Part shown: in pieces, positions 14,680-26,600 of the stretch
How the letters are laid out: each line of letters opens with the position of its first letter
Position numbering within the stretch: position 1 is the first letter of the stretch
Assembly (NCBI GenBank): GCA_050575255.1
Contig: JBNZDD010013657.1
Span: 3,839,947-3,903,946, forward strand
Direction of reading: 5' to 3'
Source of the DNA: Harriotta raleighana
Taxonomy: Eukaryota
DNA length: 64,000 bases
Notes under the pieces: model-generated
Databases searched by the model: none
What the model was told of the DNA's origin: nothing
The model's input: the letters and a program-made list of their open reading frames with translations, nothing else
Translations under genes and position numbers: made by a program

Positions 14680-17600
14680 ATATACAAATAATATTTGCTG
14701 AGTATCCGCATCAGGTATTGCGCTTATTATCATTGCCAATTCTCCCACTGAGGTGGCAGCAGCATGGCAAGTACTGGCAGGGTTGGCACATCCTGGAGAC
14801 GCCAACTCCAAAGTTGGCAATGATGGAATGTGCCTGTGTGTCTAGGAAAGAGCAGCCATCCAGCCCCACCCATACCTTCACTCCGCAACCACACTGAAAT
14901 AACCCTCAGGATCTATATCTATTAACAAACCACAAAGAAGCTTCCCCACAGGACATTCCTTCCCAAATGACTTTGTAAGGCGAGATGGCCTCCTAGTGAC
15001 AGCGACATGGTATTGTTGTGGTTCTACAGTTAACTGAGGCTGGCAGCAGCAGCATCCCGAGACCTATTGTGGTTGGCTTGGTCCGTGTCCAGGTCAGAGT
15101 ATAGAATTATCTGATCTAATTGAGTGGGTACTTTCATCCTTCAGCAGAAAACAATCCTATTACATAGCAGTGTGAGCTGAGAGAAACTGTGGGGCAGCCC
15201 TGGACTCGCTCCAGATCACTGCTGCTAACAGCCTCTCTCTGGTTACGCTTCCTCAGCAGTGACTGCGAGGATCATGTTCCTTCCATCAATGCCAGCCTCC
15301 GGCTACCCCCTTCCTGTGTCCATTGACGTAGGCAGCTGACTGCAGTCACAGCATGGCTTTCTAAAATTGCCTCACACCCTGTCCTAAACATTGATTTTGC
15401 ACAGAAAGCAACTAGACAGGACTGTTGAAAAACATCCTGAGGCAGAGATGTGATTGTTAGCTTGATGGTGGGGGTGGGGTGGGGGGGGGCTGTTGTATAT
15501 TTTTTTTTAAAAAGAGAAGGAAATTGGAAGAGAACTGCTATGATATAGTCTTCTATTGCAGTATGTACTTGGTCACAGGCAGTGTGCACATTGGTATCTA
15601 TACAATGGGATGTTCACGCATTTCTTCATGGGGGGCCTGTTATGCTGTGCCTACTGCTCACAGCTTGTACCTATGGAGAGATTGCTATCCCACTGCTAGA
15701 GAAACCAGCCCATGCTCCCATCATAGTTTTCTGCTAAATGAGCTCTGGTTGAATATTTTCCAGTTGGGAAATGCCTTGCTTGCATTAAGTGGTTGCTTAA
15801 GTCCCCACATTGGGACGCTGTTGAATTCTGTAAAGAGCTTTGGGACGTCGATAAGATGTGGAATTCTGTGAAGCGCTTTGAGACATCTTAACCCCGTAAT
15901 GAGGCACAGCATCAAATTCCAGGATTATTATTATTATAAGTTCATGACTGGAGCATTCTGTCTGTTTATGTAGCTGATTCTGTGACTCTTGCATGTTGTG
16001 CGTTTGCAGAACGAGCAGAATCTGCAAGTGCTGGGCTTGGTGAAGTCAGACGAGGGTCTTTATCAATGTGTGGCAGAAAACGACGTGGGCAATGTCCAGG
16101 CCAGTGCCCAGCTCATCATCCTGGAGCATGGTAAGTGAGAGGCAGCACAGACAGCACGCTGGAGGGAGGGGGCTGGGTTACAGGACTTGGCAACTGGAGC
16201 CAGCAGGAAACAGGTGGCAGCAACAGCAGTGAAAGAGAGAGGGCAAGCGAGGTGCTGGGGCAGATGGCAAAAGTGCCTCTAGCAACAGATCTGCTACTTC
16301 TGGGCAGAGCATAGCTTGTAGACATCGCTAACAGTCTCAGCACGGAGACAACTACCAGGGATTTCACACTTCTACCCAGAACTCTGCCATCTGTCGCACA
16401 GCTTTTCTTTTTTTATAAATGACACATTTCTGAACAATTATTTTCTTTCCACTTGACATCCAGTTGTGCCTTTGTCTGACTAGGAAAGGGGAAGAGGTCA
16501 GGTCTGCCATGTTTCTGCCCGCGCTGCCCCACTGTTGGCTGCTGAAAGGTGCTCGAGAGCAGCCTGGAGCAGTTGGTCCCCGTCCCTCCTTCCCTGTGAG
16601 CAGCAAGGGGCAGACTCAGGGTAGTGTATTGTCCAGGAAAGTGTATAATTGCTCAGCAGGTGTGAGAAATCCACACAACTCAGGCAGACTAGACCTCTCC
16701 TGTTCTGTCTGATATTATCACCTGGTTAATTGATGTAGTACACCAGGCACATAATATCTGCACATGAATATCTCACTGCCCCATGCATATGCTTTTCACT
16801 ATCCGTTCATACAACCCAATCTTATTGCTTCTTACTGCTCTCCATGCACACACACACATCTATCTCTGTGCCTTACTGCATATTCTCTGGTTTGTTTGAC
16901 TTTATCTGGTCGGGTGCAGAATGTTGATTCTGTGTAAAATTAGCAAACCCTTGGACAAAGCGTTTTGGAGAGTCAAGTCATCTTGGTCAGGGAGAGTCAG
17001 CATCTGAAATTTATCAGTACTGTAGGTTTAGATACTTGCTGGGCCCTGGGATCTGCGATAGAGTCTCCGCCTTGTCTTTCAGTGTAACAGAAGAGCAAAA
17101 CTCAGTGTATCCAGAACTGTGCTGTGAATCTTCCTCCCACATGTATCCTGTTCACACCTGGAGTTAACATACTGAGCCATTGGACGCTGAGAAAAAAGAA
17201 TCCTTGTCTGCAATAAACTGTTTTTAAAAAAATCTCACCGTGCAGATCCTGGAACGATCACGTCCATCACATTTAATGCTACAACCCCTGTATCTTGAAT
17301 TATTTGGATTGCGATACTTTGCTATGCTATGCTCCAGGTGTCTGCAGTGACTTGCTCCGTTAGTTGCACTGTGAGTGTGTTTGTGTGCTTGTGGCTCTGC
17401 GATGGTGTGTTGTACGTTATTCTTTTTTAATTTTGTGGTTCAATTGCACGCTTGCCACCAACGTTGCTGACGTTTATTCGTTTTGTGCTGTTCCCATTGT
17501 GCTTTGGTTTGGTTTATTTTCTTTCTTGTGTTTTGTTTTTCTCTTCCCCACCTTTTTGTTTGGTTGTGGTGTTTGCTGTTCTCCTCCTCTCCCCCCCCCA

Positions 17601-20600
17601 CACCCCCGTCCCCCGCCGACTGTGCCAGACATTCCCATCCCAACATTTGTCCCCACCTCACTGACAAGTACCACTACTGACCATCCAGCAGCCGCCAAGG
17701 CCGAACTCCTGCCCTCAGCCCCTCGTGATGTGGTCGCTCTTCTCGTCTCCACACGTTTCATCAAACTGACCTGGCGTCCACCAGCCGAGCCCAAAGGAGA
17801 GATCCTCCTGTATTCTGTGTTCTACTCTCAGGATGGCATTAACAGGTGAGGCTCCTCATTGTCGCAGACTCTAACCTTGTGGTTGGTGCAATTCCATCAG
17901 TTATCATTTCAACTGAGGTCCCGACTACCTGTTCAGGTAGATGCTAATGATCCGATTAGAGTCCTGTAGCATATTGGTTAGAGCACTCGTCAATGTAAAC
18001 GGGAGGACCTAGGTTCGATTCCCGGGCAGGATGAAACGTCAGGTAAGTTTTGAGACGTTTCGAAGACACGATGAAGGGTGATATCGAAAGGAATATTATT
18101 GCCATTATGGCATTATTTGAAAACAGACGGGAGTTCCTTTCAGTTTCCTGGATGACAATCCCCCAAATAACATTGGTCACTCACTCCATGTATTTGCGGG
18201 ACACTGCTGTGTAGAACTCGCTGCAGCATTCAACCCACAAAATACACAAGTCAATCCACGTTGCAGTACTGTACTGTATATCCTGTGAAGCGCTTTGGAA
18301 TGTTTGAGATGTAATAAGGTGCCATACCAAAATGCAAGGATCATTATTATATTATGAATAGCAGTAAATTATTTTCTCTGGCCAACATCAAATAAGAACA
18401 AATTTAAGATGATCACATAATTATAATCCTTGTATTCTCGGGTCTATACAGTTGAAATGTTTCCAGGTGCTTCACAGGGAATTGCTGCCATTGGTGTGGT
18501 AGACAGTGTATTTGTGTATTTGACGGTGTAAAACATGGCAACCATTTTGCTACGCCCCACAAGCAACCAAGAGGTAAATCATCAAATAATCTGGAGGATT
18601 GTTGGCCAGGACAGCGGGATAAATTCTTCTCTTTGAATACTGTTTAACTGTAGGACAGTTAATGTTCACCAGAACTCGCAGAAGGGTGTACTATGATCTG
18701 AGATTAATATGTCATCAGAAGGACACCATCTCCCAACAATGCAGCCCTCTTCCCAGTGCTACACCTGGCTGTCAAGCTAGATAGTGAGCTCAAAGACGTG
18801 ATGTGTGGCTCGAACTCACAATCATCAGCATTCATTAAACGCTGCATAAGTATTCCAATATTTAATGAATGTCATTGAAAGGATTGCTGATTGCAGCTAG
18901 TCTCTTTGGGTTCATGACATGCCAGAGAGACTATTTTCTGCTGCCAGGAAAGCAGGGTCTTGGCTGGTGTTTGGTGGCATGGGGCCAGGCCAGGCACCTG
19001 CTTTAGAGTGCCAGCACCGTCTGCTTTGTAACCATTTGTGGCAGAATGGGATTGTTCCTGATCCAACCACTGACACAAATCAGAAGTACATGGGAACGAT
19101 GCATCAGTCATTTCCAAAATTCTAACCCTGGGATGAACTGTGTCATTTAGGTGTCACCCTGTTAGAACTCTCACCTCCAAGTTAGAAGATTGTGGGTTCA
19201 AGACCCAGTCTAGGTTTACAAATCCAATGCAATACTTGCGATCTATTTACTGCATTGTTGGAGGAGTTGTCTTTCGTGTGAGACTTTAAACTGAGGTCAA
19301 GTCCGTCTGATCGATTGATCAGGTGGCTGTTAACATGGTACTCGCAAAAAGAAGGGAGTGTCTCCTGCCTAAAATAAATATTGGGTCATTCACCAGAATT
19401 CTGGGACAAACTCCTGTTTTTTCCCTTCCCGTATTGTAACATGGTTTTCCTTAATATGAACAGGCAGACAGGCGTTAGTTTAATGAACCTTAGAGGCAGT
19501 CTGGACTATGACCTTATGGTCTGATTTGGGAGTTGAGTCCACAACGTTTTTACCCAGAAGTGAGAGTACTACCAGCTGAACCTTGACTGTTAGGTGATGT
19601 CGACCACCAAAATTAAGCAGTCAATGACTCCTGTGGATCGGATGGGCAGAAAGAAATGCTTTTGCAAGTATTAGAGTACACACATAGGCTGCCAAGAGGA
19701 ACAGTAATATGCAGGAGAGCTTTTCAGTGCTCCCGAGACTTGTCTTATGTGAAGGCTGCAAGTAATTGTTGGTAAAGATCTGATTGCTATCCTAGCAACC
19801 AAGGGCAGAGAGGTGAGCGCATTGAGGGTTCATTCTCCTCTGTTGACCTCTGATAGGGAACGTGTGGAAAACACCACTGGACCCGGGAATCTAGAGGTGA
19901 CCATCGCGGAACTAATGCCAGAAGTGAAGTATGTCTTCCGAGTTGTCGCTCACAACGTGCAGGGTCCAGGAGAGAGCTCGTCCCCATTCAAAGTGGCCAC
20001 GCAGCCCGAAGGTAAACCAATGTCCGATCCCTATCACCTTCTCATATACTGTAGCTCTTGAGGAGGCTCAGGGAATGGGGTAAGTGAAGTGCTGTGTTAA
20101 AGGGGGTTGATGGCTTCTTTGGTGGATGCATAGATACTTACCTATACATTAGATTGAACAGTCTCCTACTATGCAAAATGTGTCCATCTTTTGCTTATTG
20201 GCGGGGGTGGGGTGTGGTCAATAGATGGCGGTTGTAGGATGTGGGATTGAGGAGCAGGCCTGGGAGGGTTGGGGGGCTGTAGGGCTGGGTGTTGTGCTGA
20301 ATTATGGAAACAAATAGATCTGGATGAAGGAAGGCGATGAAGGAAAGCTGTCTTCGATCCTGAACTTTGTATGTGACCCACCAAGTCGCTGCTTTCTATT
20401 TTTCAGTTCAAGTGCCAGGTCCAGCTCCCAATCTCCAGGCATTGACCACCTCGCCCACCTCCATCACCATCACCTGGGAGACACCGCTCTCGGGCAACGG
20501 GCCAGTTGTGAGCTACAAGCTGTACTACATGGAGAAAGGAGCAGTGAGCGAGCAGGTGAGGAAACTGCAGAGCACATGTTACTCGCAACATAGCTCCCCG

Positions 20601-23600
20601 CCACATGTTCCTGCTCAGGTGTGCAGGCGGGTGTGATGCTTAATATGCTTAAATGTGCCACAAATATACAGTCAATTTTTCCTACTCCTTTCCCTGAGCC
20701 CTCCCCCCCTACTTGGCTGTACAGCGCTTTGGGACGTCCTCCCGACGTGAAAGGCGCTATATAAATAAAATTTTGATTGATTGATTGATAATGTGAGAAA
20801 TTAATCCTGCTCTTCGGTGTATCTGAGCTGAGCTTTGTGAGGCTCTGGAATTGAGGAAATGAGGACATGATACTGTGACATCGAGTGGTGATAAGAGCGC
20901 TGTCCAGCTCAAAAAGGCTTCAGGCCTGAGCTGTGGAAGCACAATTCAAGGGCCACAAACCCTGTACTGCAGGAGAGGTAATTGTAGAGGTGATTGTAGG
21001 AGTCTACTTGGGTATTATAGCTGCATTATTGACACTCAGTAACTGGATGTCACCCACAAAATATACAGTTAATTCACTTTACCTTGAAGCGCTTTGAGAC
21101 TTGAAGATAAGGTGCTATATCAAAGTGCAAGGATTATATATTGTACTTCTTTCAATCCCGGACAGGATGTGGATGTTGAAAACCTTTCCTACACCATGAA
21201 TGGGTTGAAGAAGTTCACCGAGTACAGCTTCCGGGTGGTGGCTTATAACAAACATGGGCCTGGTGTCTCCACTGAGGATATTGTCACCAGAACCTATTCT
21301 GATGGTGAGTGATGTGTGTGTGGGGGCAGTGGGTGAGTGGTGTGTGTGTGTGGGGGCAGTGGGTGAGTGGTGTGTGTGTGTGGGGGCAGTGGGTGAGTGG
21401 TGTGTGTGCAGGGGCAGTGGTGAGTGGTGTGTGCAGGGCAGTGGGTGAACTATACTGGGTTATTGCTACACATCTAACATTCCTGCGTCGAATGACTGCC
21501 GGTTTTCCTACCAGAGTAGAGAGTGTTGCTGCAGTAAATGTGGTGTGAGCTGCTAATATCCATGGATGGGGGGACAGTCTTGACTCGGGTGCAGATTCCT
21601 AGTCAACAATCCCCCAAATGGTCGCTCACTCTGTGGCTGTTTGTGAGATATTGCTGTGTGCAACTGGCTGCTGCGTTTCACCCACAAAATACAAGTCACT
21701 GCACGTGACAGTATATCCTGTGAATCTCTTTAAGATATCACATCAACGTGATGAGGTGTTATATCAAATGAAAGGATTATTATCATTATTATAACATTCA
21801 AGCTTAACTCCTGTTGCTTGTTACAACACATGTAGCACATCAAATTTTCCATAGAGTGTTACTCATTCCATGATAGTGCTGAAGAAAACAGGTTCAGTAT
21901 TTTTTGCATTGTGTTGTTGAATATTAAACATAGAATTTAACGTCTTATTGCCATGCTTTCACCACTACACCCTGAATCTGAACCTCCTGCCTAGATTCTT
22001 TTCCCTTGCCCCCTCTTTATCTGTTTTGAAACCGGAAAACTTTAAAATGTGCGATGGGGGTCACTTTAGCTCACTGGGCTGAGAGCATTGTTGGGCTGAG
22101 AGCATTGTTGGGCTGAGTGGTGGGACTGCTCCTGTTTGTTTTCCTACATTTCACACAGTGATGTCCTTCTGTTCAATGATGTGTCTGACCAGTCTCTTGT
22201 GTGTTTTTGTAGTGCCCAGTGCAGCTCCTCAGAATATCACGGTGGAAGTGCGTAATTCCAGGGTAAGTCTCCCTTCAGTCAGCAGGATCACAGTGAGGAA
22301 GGCTTGTAAAGCTATCTCAGTGGCTTTAGCACAGTGTACATTCAAGCTGTAATCCCTGTCCTTAGCTGGTCTGAGCTGCAGTTGCTGGAGCAAGCCTGAT
22401 TGACTCACTACAGTGGGATCACTTTGAGTTTACATATACGCCAGTAACTTTGAGCATTTTGAGAGTTTGCGAATCAATCCAAATTACATTTATATAGCGC
22501 CTTTCATGTCGAGAGGACGTCCCAAGGCACTGTACAGTCAAGTAGGAATCAGAGCAGGGGGGAAGGGGTCGGGGGAAGGAAAGTAGGAAAAATTGTATAT
22601 TTGTGGGCGAAAACGCGCAGCCAAATTGCGCACAGCAGTGTCCCACAAATAGTCATGGAAGTGGGGTTAGGAGAAAAAGGGGGCAAAGATGGCAAGGGGA
22701 GGGGTCGGGATAGGGGGAAGGAGAACAGGAAAAACTAACTGTATATTTGTGGGTGAAACGCGGCAGCCAAATTGCGCACAGCAGTGTCCCACAAACAGTC
22801 GCGGAAATGGGGCCGGGGGAGAAAGGGGGAAAAGAGGGTAAGAGGGGAGACGGATATTTGATAAGTCACTATATATCCAATGCAATTATTATTAACTTCA
22901 GATAGAACCAGCTCCCAGTAAACTTGTGAACCTTTAGAGGATTGTCTAAAGAGCTGAGTATGAAGCTCGGTCTCCTCATTGCCTCACTCTGGACTGATTC
23001 ACACAGCAGCTGCAGTCTCTCAGGTTACTGTTCTGGTGAGCATGGTTCTGTAGCATGAAATCCCTGATAGCCCTTGGGTTAGTTTAGGGAGAGGGAGAGG
23101 GTGCTGCATATTTCTGGTGATTAATTCCGGTTGGTTTCCCTTGTCTTTAGAGCGTTGTGGTCCATTGGCAGCCTCCCCCACCAGGCACCCATAACGGAGT
23201 GCTCATAGGTTACAATATCCGCTACAAAAAGGNTGGGCTGAGAGCATTGTTGGGCTGAGAGCATTGTTGGGCTGAGTGGTGGGACTGCTCCTGTTTGTTT
23301 TCCTACATTTCACACAGTGATGTCCTTCTGTTCAATGATGTGTCTGACCAGTCTCTTGTGTGTTTTTGTAGTGCCCAGTGCAGCTCCTCAGAATATCACG
23401 GTGGAAGTGCGTAATTCCAGGGTAAGTCTCCCTTCAGTCAGCAGGATCACAGTGAGGAAGGCTTGTAAAGCTATCTCAGTGGCTTTAGCACAGTGTACAT
23501 TCAAGCTGTAATCCCTGTCCTTAGCTGGTCTGAGCTGCAGTTGCTGGAGCAAGCCTGATTGACTCACTACAGTGGGATCACTTTGAGTTTACATATACGC

Positions 23601-26600
23601 CAGTAACTTTGAGCATTTTGAGAGTTTGCGAATCAATCCAAATTACATTTATATAGCGCCTTTCATGTCGAGAGGACGTCCCAAGGCACTGTACAGTCAA
23701 GTAGGAATCAGAGCAGGGGGGAAGGGGTCGGGGGAAGGAAAGTAGGAAAAATTGTATATTTGTGGGCGAAAACGCGCAGCCAAATTGCGCACAGCAGTGT
23801 CCCACAAATAGTCATGGAAGTGGGGTTAGGAGAAAAAGGGGGCAAAGATGGCAAGGGGAGGGGTCGGGATAGGGGGAAGGAGAACAGGAAAAACTAACTG
23901 TATATTTGTGGGTGAAACGCGGCAGCCAAATTGCGCACAGCAGTGTCCCACAAACAGTCGCGGAAATGGGGCCGGGGGAGAAAGGGGGAAAAGAGGGTAA
24001 GAGGGGAGACGGATATTTGATAAGTCACTATATATCCAATGCAATTATTATTAACTTCAGATAGAACCAGCTCCCAGTAAACTTGTGAACCTTTAGAGGA
24101 TTGTCTAAAGAGCTGAGTATGAAGCTCGGTCTCCTCATTGCCTCACTCTGGACTGATTCACACAGCAGCTGCAGTCTCTCAGGTTACTGTTCTGGTGAGC
24201 ATGGTTCTGTAGCATGAAATCCCTGATAGCCCTTGGGTTAGTTTAGGGAGAGGGAGAGGGTGCTGCATATTTCTGGTGATTAATTCCGGTTGGTTTCCCT
24301 TGTCTTTAGAGCGTTGTGGTCCATTGGCAGCCTCCCCCACCAGGCACCCATAACGGAGTGCTCATAGGTTACAATATCCGCTACAAAAAGGGTGGTCGCC
24401 GCGGCGAGACTGACAGCACCGGAGGGAACCAGCTGTCACAGATAATAGATGGTGAGTCACGTATATGCATGGGCCCCTGAGGTGTGTTTTCACTCGCAAT
24501 TGAAAGGTGAGGACGAGGGGATTTCATGTGGTTGATCAAGAAGCTGAACTGGAAACTTGAACCTGATTATAAAAGCGTTCAGCTAGTGGTTGAGCGATCA
24601 GTTCACCTACGTTTTGTTAAATTTGGATGATAGAGAGATGCTTAGTCAGCACACCAGGAGAATTCTCATATTTCAGATAAAACTTTATTCCCAAAAAGCC
24701 ATCGGTCAGTGTTAGTATTTCACGGACACGTTTGTGTTCCGAAGACTGAAGCAAAATATTCATTCAACAATTCTGCAATCTCTATGACTGCCACTCCTGT
24801 TGCTGCTTTCAACGTACCCACCTCCTTTCCCTTGAAGAGGAACCCTAATCTATACAGAGTATGTGGACAAAAAATTTCTGCAGTAAATGTACCGTCGTCG
24901 AATGTAAATCTGCGTTCTTTTTGCATACTGGAATGGCTACAAATACTGTCTTCAACCAAAGGAGGGCGTATTATTAATCTGATTCACTGAGGCCCTCTAC
25001 TTGTGGGTACCTCAGGCTGCAACATGAAATTATCCTTTGCTTTAAAGCTCAGTAAAATTAATAATGATAATAATTGGTACTGTGTCACTACCCAGTGTAA
25101 AACTGAGCCCCACAGAGCAGAATGATCAAGGATTACGGTTAGATTGTTTGGTGATGGGCCAGTGCTGCATTGTCGGAAGTGCCATCCTTCACATGAGACT
25201 TTAAACTGGGGACCTTATTCAGGTGGGCATAAGAAATCCTATGTTAGTATTCAGAAAAACAAGTGAGATTCTCCCAGTGTCCTGGCCAATAAGTGTTTGC
25301 ATATCCATAGTGCAAGGATTATTTGTACTATTTATTCTATCATAATTCTTCATAATCTGGTTACTCCCTATCCTTCTCAGCCTTAGTGAAAAAAACCCTG
25401 GGTTTTTACATTTGTCTTCCTAACTGAAATCCCTCATCCCTCTAGACATCCTCGACAGTCTACTCTGTACCTTTGCTATTGCTTTGATATCTTTCATATA
25501 ATCGGGTGCACAAGATTTACCCAGTAGTCTAACTGTGATCAGATTCTTTTAAATGCAAATTAGATTTATTTATTTCAGGAAATAATATTTTATGACATAG
25601 TGTACAAGTAGTTTAGTATCTGATGCATGCATGCAACTGCCAGGATGATGGAAGGCAAACTGCATTGACCCTGGACTTTTTTTTTTTGCATGGCATATCT
25701 GTCATATACTTATCTACCAAAGGCTTATCTATGTTCATATCTACGAGTTGAGTCTTACCTCTTCAGTCACTATGATCCTGTATTTTGTTTGTGTTTCAGG
25801 ATTGGAGAGGAATACAGAGTACAGTTTCCGAGTCTCTGCTATTACAATCAATGGCACAGGCCCTTCCTCTGAGTGGCTGTCAGCTGAAACGTTTGAGAGT
25901 GATCTGGATGGTAGGGATCCCAATGAAACATGTTGGTTGGTCACCATGTTTGAAGAGTTTTTGTGTAGTTCTAATGATTATTTGTTTCGCAGAAACCCAA
26001 GTCCCGGACGTGCCCAGCTCTCTTCATGTCCGACCTCTGACTAACAGCATTGTGGTGAGCTGGACACCCCCCGAAAACCAGAACATTATTGTACGAGGGT
26101 ATGCGATTGGCTATGGCATTGGCAGCCCTCACGCAGAGACCATCAGGGTGGATTACAAGCAACGCTATTACTCCATCGAACGGCTGGGTGAGTGAGTGAG
26201 CGAGCGAGAAAGACATTGCAATTTGTAGCATCCTCTCACCTTGAGGGCCTCCACCCAAAGCTGGATTCCCCGGCCTGACCAGTGCTGTACGCGGTCACTT
26301 GCAGCGTGGCTCGTACTCTGCAGTTGCTGGGAAACCTTCAGCCAAACCTTTCATCTCACAATTCTTATGTTCTTCATAGACCAAAGTAACGTTACATTCT
26401 GCTGCAGAGATCCCAAACTCTCAGCCTCAGCAGCAATGCTCATTTACACATTTCTTTGATGCCTTCACACTATTGCTATTTTTACATTTAATCAGCATCT
26501 GAGTGATCTTTAAGTCAGGACTGCTCTGCTGCTGTTGAAGAATGACAGGTTTTTCTCTGCTTTCTCCTTACAGAGCCCAATTCGCACTATGTGATCACAC

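Larger units (their letters stand above)
22075..24391. repeat. 1158-bp exact tandem duplication joined by a single N (probable assembly artefact)
   Basis: 22075-23232 equals 23234-24391; N at 23233; identical ORFs offset by 1159. Confidence 0.92.

Noticed and set aside
17957-18033. tRNA-like cloverleaf with A and B boxes (also 5178, 30991, 40132)
   Set aside because: Irregular anticodon loop or deleted T-arm, and each runs into a SINE body and tail; these are SINE heads, not tRNA genes
21312-21450. CRISPR-like regularly spaced repeats
   Set aside because: Head-to-tail minisatellite with no unique spacers, in a vertebrate intron
22075-24391. Biological exon duplication or mutually exclusive exons in NEO1
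   Set aside because: Copies are identical, joined by a single N, and the first exon 13 is truncated; best explained as an assembly artefact
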